The notes under the pieces: model-generated
What the model was told of the DNA's origin: nothing
Databases searched by the model: none
What the model saw: the letters and a program-made list of their open reading frames with translations, nothing else
Part shown: positions 1-12,744 of the stretch, one piece after another
Layout: the number at the start of each line of letters is the position of its first letter
How positions within the stretch are numbered: the first letter of the stretch is position 1
Source: Chiloscyllium plagiosum
Lineage: Eukaryota
Assembly (NCBI RefSeq): GCF_004010195.1
Contig: NC_057718.1
Span: forward strand, 7,732,707 to 7,796,706
Length of the DNA: 64,000 nt
Direction: 5' to 3'
Program-made: the position numbers and the translations under genes

Positions 1-229
1 TGTATATGTGTGTGGAGTGGGGAGATGTGTGTGTGTGTGTGGGGGGGGGGGCGTTGGGGAGCTGTGTGTGTGGGTGTGTATGGTGGGGGGTGGGGGGGAC
101 TGTGTGTCTCCGCTTTTCCAGTGACCACAACTGCAGCCACCTTAAACAGCTTGGAATTCAACGTTAAAATCCGTAGTGAGGGCCTTGACACTCACTATCT
201 TGACCCAGAAGTGAACAATCCAATTTGGC

Positions 230-1160
230 CTCTTCTTGAGGTCCCCAGCATTACAGATACCAGTGTACAGTCAATTTAATTCACTCCATGTGGTGTCAAG
301 AAATGTCAGGAGGCATTCAATACTTCAAAGGCAATGGGCCCTGACAACATTCTGACAATAGTCCTGACCATGGTGCTCTAAAAACAACCATGCTTCTGAC
401 ACAAAACTGGACTAAACTGGAATCAGTTGGAATTGGTGGGGAAAGCTCTCCATTGGGTAGAGTCATACGTTGCACACAGGAACATGGTCGTGGTTGTTGG
501 AGATCAGTCATCTCAGCTCCAGGACACCTCTGCAGGAGGTCCTCAGGGTAGTGTCCTAGGCCCAACCATCTTCAGCTGCTTCATCAACCTTCCCTCCATC
601 ATAAGGTCAGAAGTGGGGATGTTCACCAATGATTGCACAATTGCACAGTGACTCCTCAGCCACTGAAGCAGTCGTGTCCAAATGCAACTAGATCTCAACA
701 GTATCCAGGCTTGGGCATACTAGTGGCAAGTAACATTCATACCACACAAATACAAACTCTGACAATCGAACCATTGCCCCCTTGACATTCAGTTGTACTA
801 CCATCACTGAATCCTCCACTGTCAACATCCTAGGGGTTTACCATTGTCCAAAAACTGAACTGGACTCATCACATAAACACAGTGGCTACAAGATTAAGTC
901 AGAGGCTAGGAATACTGAGGCTAGTTACCCACCTCTTGGCTCCTAAAAGCCTGTGTATCATCTACAAAGCACAAGTCAGGAGTGTGATGGAATTCCTGCC
1001 TGGGTGGGTGCAGCTCCAACAACACTGAAGAAACATGACACCATCCGGGGACAAAGCAGCCTGTTTGATTGGCACTGCATTCATAAATCAACCTCAGTCG
1101 CAATAGTGTGTACCATCCACAGGATGCACTACAGAAATTCACCAAGAGCCTGCTGCAGTA
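230..1160 (+). mobile_element. Degenerate CR1-clade LINE (family 2), RT and 3' region
   Basis: Fragments translate to [23 protein letters not shown] and TLKKHDTI; same family at 35375-37480 and 60930-62620. Confidence 0.8.
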
Positions 1161-1494
1161 CCACTCATGTCCACCGATCCTTGTGGCGCCACTGGTCAGG
1201 GATACTGATGGCCTCCAGTGGAGTTGGGACACCTTCCCTGAGATGGAGAGAGGTCCTGCTTTGTTCTAGTTAACGGGCCCTTGTCCATCTGCGTTCTCTT
1301 TGATGTGTTCACAACTTTCCTGCAATACATTACCCACGCTGTCCACAGTTCTCCAGCTGAGATCTAACAGATGTCTTCTACAAGTTGAACAACACCTCAC
1401 TGATCCAGGAGGTCAGGTGACCTGGTCACTCCAATCACCTTGGCATCAGACTCCAGCCACCATTTGCCACCTTGTGGAACCACACTGGCCTTGG

Positions 1495-1960
1495 TAGATG
1501 TGCAAACCTGAATTGGCCATGCCAAATTGCCCATAGTGTCCAGGAATGTGTAGGTTAGGTGCATTAGTCAGGGGAAATGTAGAGTAATAGGGTAGGGGAA
1601 TTGGTCTGGGTGGGATACTAAAACAAAAATGGGTGATTCAGTGGTTAGCACTGCTACCTCACAGTGCCAGGGACCTGGGTTCGGTTCCAGCCTTGGGTGA
1701 CTGTGTGGAGTTTACGCATTCTCCCTGTGTCTGTGTGGGTTTCCTCCGGTTTCCTCCCACCATCCAAAAATGTGCAGGTTAGGTGGATTGGCCATGCTAA
1801 ATTGCCCATAGCATTCAGGGATTTGTAGGTTAGGTGCATTAGTCAGGGGAAATGTAAAGTAATAGGGAAGGGGAATGGATCTGGGTTGGCTACTCTTCGG
1901 AGGGTCGGTGTGGACTTGTTTGGCCGAATGGCCTGATTCCACACTGTAGGGATTCTATGA
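1495..1960 (+). mobile_element. HE1-type tRNA-derived V-SINE (one partial plus one near-full copy)
   Basis: Head cagtggttagcactgctacctcacag...gggttcggttcc (A/B-box-like), V-domain core, CR1-like tail ending gggattctatga. Confidence 0.85.
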
Positions 1961-2049
1961 TACGCAATTTTGCGATCCTTGCCGGTCAATCAAACAGAGC
2001 CCAAGCCTTCCAACTTCTCTGAAACTGATGAAGAAAGTAAGTGGAAAGG

Positions 2050-2430
2050 AATAGTAACATCGTGCTCACGTCACTGCACTAATAATCCAGAGGAATTAGT
2101 TTGAATCCCACCTGGAAAACTGGGAATTTAGATTGAATTAATGAAGAAACCAGAATATTGACCCTGTTTGTTTGTTATAAAAAGTCCACATGATCTTTAG
2201 GAAGGGAAAGATCCCATTCTAGCCTGGTCCTCTGGGAATAAAATTCAAGACGCTCATCTCTTTGAAACATTTGGTATAAAAATAGATCTAGGTTCACTGA
2301 CGTCCTTGAGGGAAGAAAACTTGCCGTACTTACCTGGTCTGGCCTACATGTGACTCCAGACTCCAATCAAGACACTCAGTTCAAGGGCAATTAGGGATGG
2401 GTAATAAATGCCACCCCTGGCTGACGACAT
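2050..2430 (+). mobile_element. Second tRNA-derived SINE family (tail shared with CR1 family 2)
   Basis: gtcactg..taatccagag..gaatcccac head, cttacctggtctggcctacatgtgactccagac core, gggcaattagggatgggtaataaatg tail. Other copies near 4075-4225/5100-5190, 23325-23630 and 24710-24870. Confidence 0.65.
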
Positions 2431-2839
2431 CCTAACCCCCTCCAAACAATCTTATAAATGACGACGTGCTGCTCAATTGCAAAGAATGCTGTCCATTATT
2501 TTTTTCTCATGCAATCAAATCACAGCCTAACTGTCAGGGCAGAGTTGAAGGTGTTCAGCCGTGTACAGTAATGTAACAGAAGAGGATAAACAAGGGGTCG
2601 CAAATATAAGGTGGGCTCTAAAAAAAATCCAGCGGGAAATTTCGGGAGAAGTCCCTTTCCCTCGGAGAGCGGTGAGAATTAGGAACGTGCTATCACAAGG
2701 AATGGTAGATGTGAGGAACATGGCTGCATTTCAGGGGCACTCGATGAACAGGAGTGAGGAATAGAAGGATCTGTAAGGGGTTGTGTGCAAAAGGGTTGGA
2801 GATGTTCAGCTAGACCATGAGCAATATCAAAGACCTTTT

Positions 2840-3340
2840 TCTTAAAATTCACTCGTGATGTGGGTGTCGCCAACTCGGCCCATCCCTAGTTGTCCTTGAG
2901 AAGGTGGTAGTGAGCTCCATTCCTGAACCGTTACAGTCCATGTCCATTAACATATTGCCCTTAGAGAGGGAATTCCCCGATTTTAACCCAGCGACTGGGA
3001 AGGAATGGCAATGTATTTCCAAGTCGGGATGGTGAGTGGCTTGGAGGGGAACTTGGAGGAGGTGGTGTTCCCTTGGATCTGCTCTGACCTTCTATATGGA
3101 AGTGGTCGTGGGTTTGGAAGGTGCTGTCTGAGGATCTTTGGTGAATACCTGCAGTGTGTCTTGTAGATAGTACACACTGCTGCTACTGAGGGTTGGTGGT
3201 GGATATTTGTGGATGTGGTGCCAATCAAGCATGCTGCTTTGTCCTGGATGGTGTCAAGCTTCTTGAGTGTTGTTGGGGGTCTGCACCCACCCAGGCAAGT
3301 GGGGAGTATTCCATCACACTCCTGCCTAATAGATGGTGGA
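2840..3340 (-). mobile_element. CR1-clade LINE family 2, 3' end
   Basis: ORF 2983-3390 contains TTLKKLDTIQDKAACLIG, followed by the family 3'UTR. Confidence 0.8.
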
Positions 3341-4229
3341 TGGGCCCAACTGTGGCACAGAATGTGTAATTGTGATTCATTGGGACTCACTTGCTACAAT
3401 GAACAGCAGAGTTATATAAATTTAAACTGAAAGGCTTCTGTGTGTCACTAATGGACGTGTAGGAGCCAGCAAAGACTAATACCTCCCCACCTGACTCATT
3501 CCATGAGAACCTCATACCCTCTGCCCCCTCTCCAGGTCATTGTACAACTCTCTGCTGAATTTACTGATGCAATTTGTTCCGCACTCAGCACATGCGCACT
3601 GTGCAATGGAGTCAAATCGATCACTCCACAGAAACCCACAGCCCCTTTAACGTAATTAAGTGCCTCAAGGCATTTCATTCTACACCACTCCTCTCAAAGT
3701 TTGGTGCCTTTTGCGATCTGGTTGCTCTGGGTGATGCATGTCTCTGGTTATTTTGGATAGTGAGTGGTACTAGTGGCCATGGATAGCAAATAGTTCCAGT
3801 TGCTATGGGTACAGAATATCTCTGGTTGCTATGGGAAGCGAATTGCTTTCACAGAGCCACGGTGCTTATCTTGTCCGAATTCTTGCACCAAAACAAGGTG
3901 ATGTTTTAGATTAATTCCCTTTCAAGAAAGGGACAAGAAAAGTCTACAGACAATGCCATTGCTGCCCCTTTTATGAATTGAGAAAATTGCGTATCATAGT
4001 AATAGCTCAGTAGGTGACGAGGCTGAGTGAGATAGTGTACTGTTTAGAAGTAACATCTCTGTACTGATGCAAAGGGAGGTGATGGTCTAGTGGTATTATC
4101 ACTGGACAGTTTATCAAGGGACCCAGATAATGTTCTGAGGGCCTCATTTCAAATCCTACCATGGCAAATGGTGAAATTTGAATTCGAAAACAAATCTGAG
4201 ATTCAGAGTCTAATGATAGCCATGAATTC

Positions 4230-5100
4230 ACTGGGCTAATGGTAAGATTCTTGGGAGTGCAGATGAGCAGAGAGATCTCGGTGTCCATGTACACAGATCC
4301 CTGAACGTTGCCACCCAGATTGACAGGGTTGTTAAGAAGGCATACAGTGTTTTACCTTTTATTAATAGAGGGATCGAGTTCCGGAACCATGAGGTTATGC
4401 TACAGCTGTACAAAACTCTGGTACGGCCGCACTTGGAGTATTGTGTACAGTTCTGGTCACCACATTATAAGAAGGATGTGGAAGCTTTGGAAAGGGTTCA
4501 GAGGAGATTTACTAGGATGTTGCCTGGTATGGAAGGAATGTCTTACGGGGAAAGGCTAAGGGCCTTTAGGCTGTTCTCGTTAGAGAGAAGAAGGTTGAGA
4601 GGTGACTTAATAGAGACATACAAGATAATCAGAAGGTTAGATAGGGTGGACAGGGAGAGCCTTTTTCCAAGTATGGGGACGGCAAACACGAGGGGACACA
4701 ACTTTACAGTGAGGGGAAATAGGTATAAGACAGATGTCAGAGGTAGTTTCTTTACTCAGAGAGTAGTAAGGGTATGGAATGCTTTGCCTGCAACGGTAGT
4801 AGATTCTCCAAGTTTAAGTGCATTTATGTCGTCATTGGACTAGCATATGGACGTATATGGAATAGTGTAGGTGGGATGGGCTTCAGATTAGTATGTCAGA
4901 GGTAGTTTCTTTACTCAGAGAGTAGTAAGGGTATGGAATGCTTTGCCTGCAACGGTAGTAGATTCGCCAAGTTTAAGTGCATTTATGGACGTATATGGAA
5001 TAGTGTAGGTGGGATGGGCTTCAGATTAGTATGACAGGGCAGCGCAACATCGAGGACCGAAGGGCCTGTATTGTGCTGTAATGTTCTATGTTCTATGATT
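4230..5100 (+). mobile_element. CR1/HER1-type LINE 3' end with internal ~160 bp duplication
   Basis: ORF 4397-4843 LYKTLVRPHLEYCVQFWSP...LERVQRRFTRM...RRLRGDLIETYK...FFTQRVVRVWNALP is the CR1 ORF2 C-terminus; (ttctatg) tail. Confidence 0.92.
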
Positions 5101-6007
5101 GTCAGGAAAAGCCCACTTAAGGGTTACCATCCTTACCTGGTCTGGACTACATGTGAGGCCAAACCCACAGCAATGTGGTTGACTCTGAACCCATCAGCAG
5201 TAAAAACCCGCAACTACAAAACACTTCCCAAACCTCATATTGTCTCCAGTCTGGACCAAGTAGGAGACAGGATCGAATCAGAGAATGGTGTAGCTCAGAA
5301 ATAGGCCATTCAGTCCATCCTTCCTGCATTCCTTCTTTGAAAGAGCTGTCCAACTTGACTCATTCCTCACTTCTTTCCCTGCAAGACCTGTCCTGACCTT
5401 GAGTGCTTATCCAACTCTCTCTGGGACAAGTGGAATAAAATCCAGGTCAGAATGAGTTTGACCCTTTCATCCCCCCTTTACCTATTGGACACTTTCCCAG
5501 AATGTCCAACTCCAGCCCTAGTTATCGACCAGATTGTCCCAGTAATCGCGAGTGTTAGGAATCCAGGGGGTTAGCCTCATGTTCTGGGGTACACCGGTTT
5601 GAATCCCACCACGGAAGCTGGTGGAATTTCAATTTGATTAGTAAATCGAGATGAGAAAGTTCATCACCATGATGGTGAGTGCCAGAACACTTGTCAATTT
5701 TTGTCTTCTTCATTAGCATCCCTTAGGAAAGGAAACCTGGGTCCGGGGATGAAGGGCTCATCATATGAAGAGCGGTTGAGGACTCTGGGTCTGTACTCAA
5801 TGGAGTTTAGAATGATGAGTGTGGGGGGGGGGAGTTCTCATTGAAACTTATAGAATACTGAGAGGTCTGGATAGGGTGGATGTAGAGAAGATGTTTCCAA
5901 TGGAAGACGTGGGGGCACAGCCTTGAAGTGAAGTGAAGTCCTTGAAGAGGACTGCAGAAGGCTGCAGAGGCCTAGTTACTGAATGTATTTAAGGCAGAGT
6001 GGGTTTA

Positions 6008-6297
6008 TGGGCAGCACTGTGGCTCAGTGGTTAGCACTGCTGCCTCACAGCACCAGGGACCTGGGTTTGATTCCACCTGCGGGTGACTGTTTGCACATTC
6101 TCCCCGTGTCTGCGTGGGTTTCCTCTGGATGCTCCAGTTGCCTCCCACAGTCCAAAGATGTGCAGGTCAGGTGAATTGGCCATGCTAAATTGCCCGTAGT
6201 GTTAGGTGCATTAGTCAGAGAGAAATGGGTCTGGGTAGGTTACTCTTCCGAGGACTTGCTGGGTTGAAGGGCCTGTTTCCACACTGTAGGGAGTCTA
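6008..6297 (+). mobile_element. HE1-type SINE
   Basis: gggcagcactgtggctcagtggttagcactgctgcctcacagc head and conserved body and tail. Confidence 0.85.
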
Positions 6298-6377
6298 ATT
6301 TTTTTTAAACTAAAACATATCAGCCATGATAGAATGGTGGAGCAGACTTGAATGGCCTTAGCTGCTCCTCTGTCTTA

Positions 6378-6496
6378 TGGGAGATGCAGATGCTGGAGAT
6401 CAGAGTCGAGAGTGTGATGCTGGAAAAGCACAGCAAGTCAGGCAGCATCCAAGGAGCAGGAGAATCGACGTTTCGGGCATAAGCCCTTCATCAGGG
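6378..6496 (-). mobile_element. Short non-autonomous Penelope-type element (family A) carrying a hammerhead motif
   Basis: Minus strand CTGATGAAGGGCTTATGCCCGAAACGTCGATTCTCCTGCTCCTTGGATGCTGCCTGAC...CCAGCATCTGCA. Confidence 0.75.
6467..6494 (-). ncRNA. Minimal type I hammerhead ribozyme motif (family A), intact core
   Basis: CUGAUGA-A-GGGC(UUAU)GCCC-GAAAC-GUC; stem I is weak in this copy. Confidence 0.7.
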
Positions 6497-7387
6497 ACAT
6501 ACTGCAGCCTTCCTCAACACTACATGTCCCTCCACCTTTCACTGTGTCATCTGCAAACTTAGCAACAAAGCCCTCAGAATGACAGAGCAGACTCCATGGG
6601 CAGAAGGACCTCCTTCTGTTCCGACATCTCCGATAATTATATGAGGAGAGACTGGTTTGACTGGGCCTGTATTCCCTAGAGTTTAGAAGGATGAGAGGGT
6701 GCTGGTATAAAATTCTAACAGGGTGGGACAGACTAGAGTCAGGGAGGACACTTCCCCCTGCATGCAGAGTCTCAAACACAGTGTCCGAAAATGGGGCTAT
6801 CATTTAGGACTATGAAGAGGAAGCGTTTCTTTTCTGAAAAGGTAGTCAACATGTGGAATTCTCTATCACAGAAGTCAGTAGAGGCCAGATCACTGAACGT
6901 GGAATTAAATTCCTGAGGAAGTGTTGGGTGTAGGTACAGTTACAACGTTCAAAAGGCACTTAGATAAGAACATGAACAAGGAAGGTTTGGAAGGATATGG
7001 GCCTGGAGCAGGCAGGTGGGGGTGGTTTAGGTTGGGGTTTTAATCAGCATGGACCGGTTGGACCGCAATATAACTCTCTATTCTAGAAAGAGAAAGATAA
7101 TTTGTTCCGATTTTAAAGGCATCAAGGGCTATGGTGTTGGAGTCGAGGATCAGACATGATGATATTGAATGATGGAGCAAGCTGAAAGGGCTGAATGGCC
7201 TCTGCCTAGTTTCTCTGCTTTAGAAAGCTGGTTATGGAATATCCCAAGCATCCAATGTCGCAGATAACCCATTGAGTGAGAAGAGCAGCATCTGTTAGAT
7301 AGGTGAGGATTCTGAAGCAATGTCTACATGTTGCCTTGACTTAAAACCAGCTTGCTTAGCTTCTTTGTGAACCCTCTGTCCTTGCAG

Positions 7388-7563
7388 GTACAAATCCAAT
7401 GAAGACTATGTCTATGTGAGGGGGCGGGGCAGAGGAAAGTATATCTGTGAGGAATGTGGAATTCGCTGTAAAAAGCCCAGTATGCTGAAGAAACACATCC
7501 GCACCCACACCGACCTGCGACCTTTCATGTGCAAGTTCTGCAATTTTGCTTTCAAGACGAAAG
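7388..7563 (+). CDS. HIVEP2: HIVEP/Schnurri-family zinc-finger transcription factor, exon encoding most of the C-terminal C2H2 pair ([58 protein letters not shown])
   Basis: Translation matches the hallmark ZAS-C zinc-finger pair of HIVEP1/2/3. Acceptor ...ccttgcAG at 7386-7387, donor GTaaag at 7564. Family is certain; paralog (HIVEP2 vs HIVEP3) is less so. Confidence 0.93.
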
Positions 7564-8381
7564 GTAAAGTCTGTGCGAGCTGGTTTGGGGAAGTGGCGGG
7601 GGCGGGGAGAAACAGGGAGTCCTCGTTCACTTCCCCCTCGTGAATCTGGGGGAAGCTGAAGGGGTTTGCGTTTTTCAGAGCCGCGTGGCACCTTGAACCG
7701 AGGGCTAAGTGAGCAATCGCGAGGTGATTCTGATCGAGCCAAACCCCTTTTCTGAGCTGCTCGATAACAATGGCACTGCCAATTGCCCTCACACTTGTGT
7801 CAATCCCAAATTATGGAACTTAGTGAGGCCACTCAGCCCATTTTAAGCCTGTTCCATCTTTGAGTTAGGTAACACCCAGTTGGCATCTTCAACATCTTGC
7901 CTTGATACTCTTCCTCCTGCCGTTCTGAAGTATTGGAGCCCAGAGTTCTGCCATCGATTCTTCTAATTACATCAGATAGGCAAACAAACCCAATCCACCC
8001 AAGCAGTTTATACACCACTCGAGGCACCTTGTCAATCACTGTAAACCCCTTACTCTCTTCTCCACGAAATGATCATCAGACTTTCCCTTAAATGTGTCAA
8101 TTCGCCTTCTTTGCTTCGAGGTAATGAGATCTCAAAACCTGTCATATTGAGGGAGAGGGGGGGATATTCAGAAATGTTATGGCCATTCGGTCCATTGTGT
8201 TTGCACTGGTTTTAGTACCTAATGTGAATCTCCTGCCTTTAACCCCGTTTACCCACACACCATTTCTATCCACATAATCATCCCATGCTTGCCTGAATGC
8301 CTCAAAAATTGTATAAATACACACCCAATCCTACTCAACCAGTCAGCTGCTTCTTCCCCTGCTTCACAATTTGACACAGGA

Positions 8382-8572
8382 TTTTTTTTAATTTCAAAAA
8401 TACACTTTATACACAAAATATTTTGATGATCTGTACAACTGGTGGGCCATACATACATATACATTCCATTTCTTTACATACAGAGATCAGAATTAAGCAT
8501 ACAGGTCTGTACATTGACTATCCATATATTTAACTGAGGCTTCAGCGGAGCCCATTTACTGAGTGGGCCCCA
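8382..8572 (-). mobile_element. Tx1/L1-clade LINE 3' end (short copy)
   Basis: Poly-T followed by sequence near-identical to 8698-8890. Confidence 0.65.
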
Positions 8573-9800
8573 ATGTCTCACTGTGATACTGACTGCAGGA
8601 CAGTCTTCCCAGAATGCCTCACTGTGATACTGACTGCAGGACATTCTTCCCAGAATGCCTCACTGTGATACTGACTGCAGGACATTCTTCCCAGAATTAT
8701 TTTTTATTTCAAAAATATACTTTATTCATAAAATATTTTGATAATCTGTACAATTTGTCATGCTATACATCCGTATACATTCCATTTCTTGGTATACAGA
8801 GACCGAGTAATCATTCATATATACAGGTCTGTACGACTACATATTTAGCTGAGGCGTCAGCAGAGCCCAAATGACTGCATGGGCCCCATGTTCTTCTTAG
8901 GCAGGCAGATGTTACACGGTGGTCTTTCTCCACCGCGCCTTGGCAGCAGCTGCCCCAAGCTTCAGCACGTCCCTCAACACGTAGTCCTGGACCTTGGAAT
9001 ATGCCAGTCTGCAGCACTCAGTCGGGGTCAACTCCTTCAGCTGGAAGATCAACAGGTTTCGGACCGCCCAGAGAGCGTCCTTCACCGAGTTGATGATGTG
9101 TGATACTGACTGCAGGATAGTCTTCTAAGAATGTCTCAATGTGATACTGACTGCAAGACAATCTTCCCAGAATGCCTCACTGTGATACGGACTGCAAGAC
9201 AATCTTCCCAGAATGCTTCACTGTGATATGCACTGCAAGACAATCTTCCCAGAACGCCTCACTGTGATACTGACTGCAGGACAGTCTTCCCAGAATGCCT
9301 CACTGTGATACTGACTGCAGGACAGTCTTCCCAGAATGCTTCACTGTGATACTGACTGCAGGATAGTTTTCCCAGAATGCCTCACTGTGATACTGACTGC
9401 AGGACAGTTTTCCCAGAATGCCTCACTGTGATACTGACTGCAGGACAGTTTTCCCAGAATGACTCACTATGATACTGACTGTAGGACCATTTTCCCAGAA
9501 TGCCTCACTGTGATACTGACTGCAGGATTCTCTTCCCAGAATGCTTCACAGTGATGCTGACTGCTGGACACTCTTCCCAAAGTGCTTCACTGCAATTCCA
9601 AGAATGCCTCACTGTGACACTGACTAAAGGACAGACTTCCCAGAATGCTTCACAGTGATGCTGACTGCTGGACACTATTCTCAGAATGTTTCACTGCCAA
9701 GCTAACTGTGGGACACTTCCCAGAATGCTTCACTGTGATGCTAATTACAGGGCACTTTTCCCAGAGTGCTTCACTGCCTTACTGGCTGCGGGACATTCTT
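8573..9800. repeat. 41-bp minisatellite (aatgcctcactgtgatactgactgcaggacagtcttcccag), interrupted by a Tx1 fragment
   Basis: Unit recurs at 41-bp spacing (e.g. 8581 and 8622): 3 copies before the insertion and roughly 16 after, degenerating towards 9800. Confidence 0.92.
8698..9100 (-). mobile_element. Tx1/L1-clade LINE 3' end
   Basis: Minus strand translates IINSVKDALWAVRNLLIFQLKELTPTECCRLAYSKVQDYVLRD...W, typical of the Tx1 ORF2 C-terminus; A-rich tail. Confidence 0.75.
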
Positions 9801-10573
9801 CCCGTGGAGCTGGTGGTTACGACAATGAGTTTCAATGAGAAAGGTTGGACGAGGAGCATGAGCATGAGTTGGGCGGTATGACCTATTTCTGAGACTTCTT
9901 TCTTCAGCAATCCTGGGTGTATGCCTTGATATTTGGAGCACACGCTCCAGCTGCATGGCTCTTGTAATTCAGATGGATATCAAAAGACCCAGTGACGGAA
10001 CTCGAAGATGAGCAAGACATTTTTTCCAGGAGTCTGGCCAAGGTTACTCCCCATAATGAGCACAATCGAGAGACAGGCGGTGAGGGAAAGCAGCTTAACC
10101 CGTCGTGCCTTGAGCCGTGTTTGGTGGGGATTTTACTGTGTGCCAAATGGCGGCTGTGTTTTGGTTTGTCTGCTCAACCAGCCACAGCTCCTTTTGGAGC
10201 AAGTTACTTTACATAACACTTCCCCCAAAGTGTTTGCTTGGTAATGAGAGAGACTTTAGAAATGTGTGAGTCATTCCAGTGTCTCTAAAGGAGAGTGATC
10301 CGAGGTATAACAGTGTGAATATTGCATCGAGCAATTTGAATGGCTTATAGCCTGTTCATAAATACATTGCAGTATTTTTAAAGCAGAAGCTAAGTTGTGG
10401 AGTGTTCCTCATTTGTATTCCTCACAGTCATGGGGATGGAATGAGTCACTCTGCCTCTGTACCAGTGGGCGTTGGAATGAGGAATAAATAGACGGCTATT
10501 GTCACCCTTCACTGCTTTTGCTGCCTCATTATCTCGACCCACTTACCTATGTCATTTTGTGTTCTTCCCCCAG

Positions 10574-10675
10574 GAAACCTGACAAAACATATGAAGTCAA
10601 AGGCTCATACCAAAAAGTGCCTGGAGTTGGGAATAGCAGTAACCTGCACGTACAGCACAGACACGGAAGAAGCAG
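10574..10675 (+). CDS. HIVEP2: HIVEP exon completing the second zinc finger ([34 protein letters not shown])
   Basis: Acceptor ttcttcccccAG at 10572-10573, phase 1 matching the previous exon. Ends at non-canonical donor AG|GCAAGT (10676), the only nearby donor that gives the phase required by the next exon. Confidence 0.9.
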
Positions 10676-10784
10676 GCAAGTTCAATTGCTGTCCGTCATG
10701 AGGTCCTTTGGCCCTTTGTGCTGGTTCTGGCTCTTTTGAGGGAGCTCACCAGTCAATCCCCATTCAGCCCGCTCTTTCATAGAA

Positions 10785-11116
10785 ATCTTAGCGTCCCTAC
10801 AGTATAGAAACAGGCCCTTCGGCCCAACAAGTCCACACCGGCCCTTCGAAGAGTAGCCCACCCAGACCCATTGCCCTAACCTACACTTACCCCTGACTAA
10901 TGCACCTAACCTGAACACAATGGGCAATTTCACGTGGCCAGTCCACCTAACCTGCACATCTTTGGATTATGGGAGGAAACCGGAGCACCCGGAGGGAACC
11001 CCCGCAGACACGGGGAGAATGTGCAAACTCTACACAGTTACTCAAGGCTGGAATTGAACCCGGGTCTCCTGGTACTGTGAGGCAGCAACACTAACAACTG
11101 AGCCACTGTGCCACCC
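10785..11116 (-). mobile_element. HE1-type SINE, full length
   Basis: Reverse complement of the HE1 head, body and tail; further partial copy at 11440-11670. Confidence 0.85.
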
Positions 11117-12084
11117 TTAGATGCCAGAAGTCCAGTGTGACTTCACTTTTCGTTTGGTACCTTTCCCAGTATTTATCCAGTCCCTCTTTTTAAACATTAC
11201 ATCTGAAAGCTCTTTGAAAATGGTTAGATGCTGCTGCTGCTTCCTAACGAGTCTCCTTATATCTGCTCCGCCAAGATGCTGTGCGAATTTACTCAAGTCT
11301 GTGACCCTCTGGTCACTAGCCTGCCCATCAGTGGAAACAGTCTGTCACTATCTGACAAAACCCCTTTCAAAGTTTTGAACCTCTCTGTTAAAGTAATTTA
11401 ACATTCCAGCCTCGAAGGAGAACACACACTGACTTCTGCAGTGTCTGCCTTCCCAGACCCCTCCAAAGAGCATCCCACCCCTACCTTATCCCCGTATTTC
11501 CCACGGCCAATTCAGCTAACCTGTACATCTTTGGATTGTGGGAATAAACTCACGCAGACATGGGGAGAATGTGCACACGCCTCACAGACAGTCACCCGAG
11601 GCTGGAGTCGAAACTGGGTCCCTGGTGCTGTGAGGCTGCAGTGCTAACCACTGAGCCGTCGCACCGCCCACTGCCATTAGGCTAGCTTTGGATTTTCACT
11701 CGATTTAAATTTCAGTGTCAGCCATGAGCCCCTGTCCACAGAGCCTGGGGTTCTGGATTGTCAGTCCAATGATGTTACCATGACAGCATTGCCTGCTCTG
11801 ACTCTGGGAGCAAGGTAGGTCGAGAATATGACAGTTGGCACAGTCTCAAGGGCTGAGTGACCTCCTGATATTCTGTTAAGCAGCTCAAATACAACACTTC
11901 TGACCAATTGAGACGAGCCATTTCTGAGTACAAAAAAAAACCCAACAAGGCCAATAGCAGGAATGACGGGCCTGTTGGGTGAGGAGAAATTGGTCCTGTA
12001 TTCCCTAGAATTTAGAAGGATGAGAGGGGATTTGGTTGAAATGTATAAAAATTTTAACAGGGCTGGACAGGTAAGACGCAGGGG

Positions 12085-12314
12085 AAAAAAAAAAGCAAAT
12101 TACCGCGGATGCTGGAATCTGAAACCAAAGATAAAATGCTAGAAAATCTCGGCAGGTCTGGCAGCATCTGTGAGGAGAGAAAAGAGCTGACGTTTCGAGT
12201 CTAACTGACCCTTTGTCAAAGCTTTGACAAAGGGTCAGTTAGACTCGAAACGTCACCTCTTTTCTCTCCTTACAGATGCTGCCAGACCTGCTGATATTTT
12301 CCAGCATTTTCTCT
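12085..12314. mobile_element. Palindromic Penelope-type element (family B) with back-to-back hammerhead-like motifs, inserted in a CR1 fragment
   Basis: ~90-bp inverted arms centred at 12221/12222; TSD TAAGA(C/T)GCAGGG at 12072-12083 and 12315-12326. Confidence 0.8.
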
Positions 12315-12744
12315 TAAGATGCAGGGAATACATTTCACTGGTTGGGGACCCTTGAACCAGGGAATGATTATGAATCAGGCCAGTTAGGACTGAGATGAGG
12401 AGAAATCTTCTTCAGGGACGGTAGTGAACCTGAGGAATTCTCTACCGTGGAACACCCAATATATTCAAGAAAGAGATTGACACATTTTAAAACATTAAAG
12501 GAGGATGGTGAGAAAGTAGGAAAACAGCATTGAGGTAGAGGGTCAGTCATGATCATGTCGAATGACAGAACAGGGGCTGAGGGGTCAAAAGGCTTACTCC
12601 AGCTCCTTCCTAAAGGAGGAATAAGACATTCCAGGGTTGAGTTTGGGGACAGGACTAGATTCCGCATACACTAATGGCATTTCCTCGCTCTTCCCACTCT
12701 GTGAAAGCCCTGATACAGAGGTGCCGCTGTTGCACTGAGGTGGA

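Noticed and set aside
1..110. GT/G-rich tract and 89-aa ORF
   Set aside because: Low-complexity microsatellite-like sequence at the window edge.
6008..6080. tRNA-like sequences at SINE heads (also 1635, 34655, 40640, 50355)
   Set aside because: They are HE1 SINE 5' regions continuing into the SINE body, not tRNA genes.
8573..9800. Regular repeats resembling a CRISPR array
   Set aside because: Units are contiguous with no unique spacers, there are no cas genes, and the DNA is vertebrate.
12133..12310. Long hairpins as pre-miRNA genes or DNA-transposon MITEs
   Set aside because: One arm is longer than the other, TSDs are 11-14 bp and arms carry hammerhead motifs, which fits Penelope-type retroelements better.
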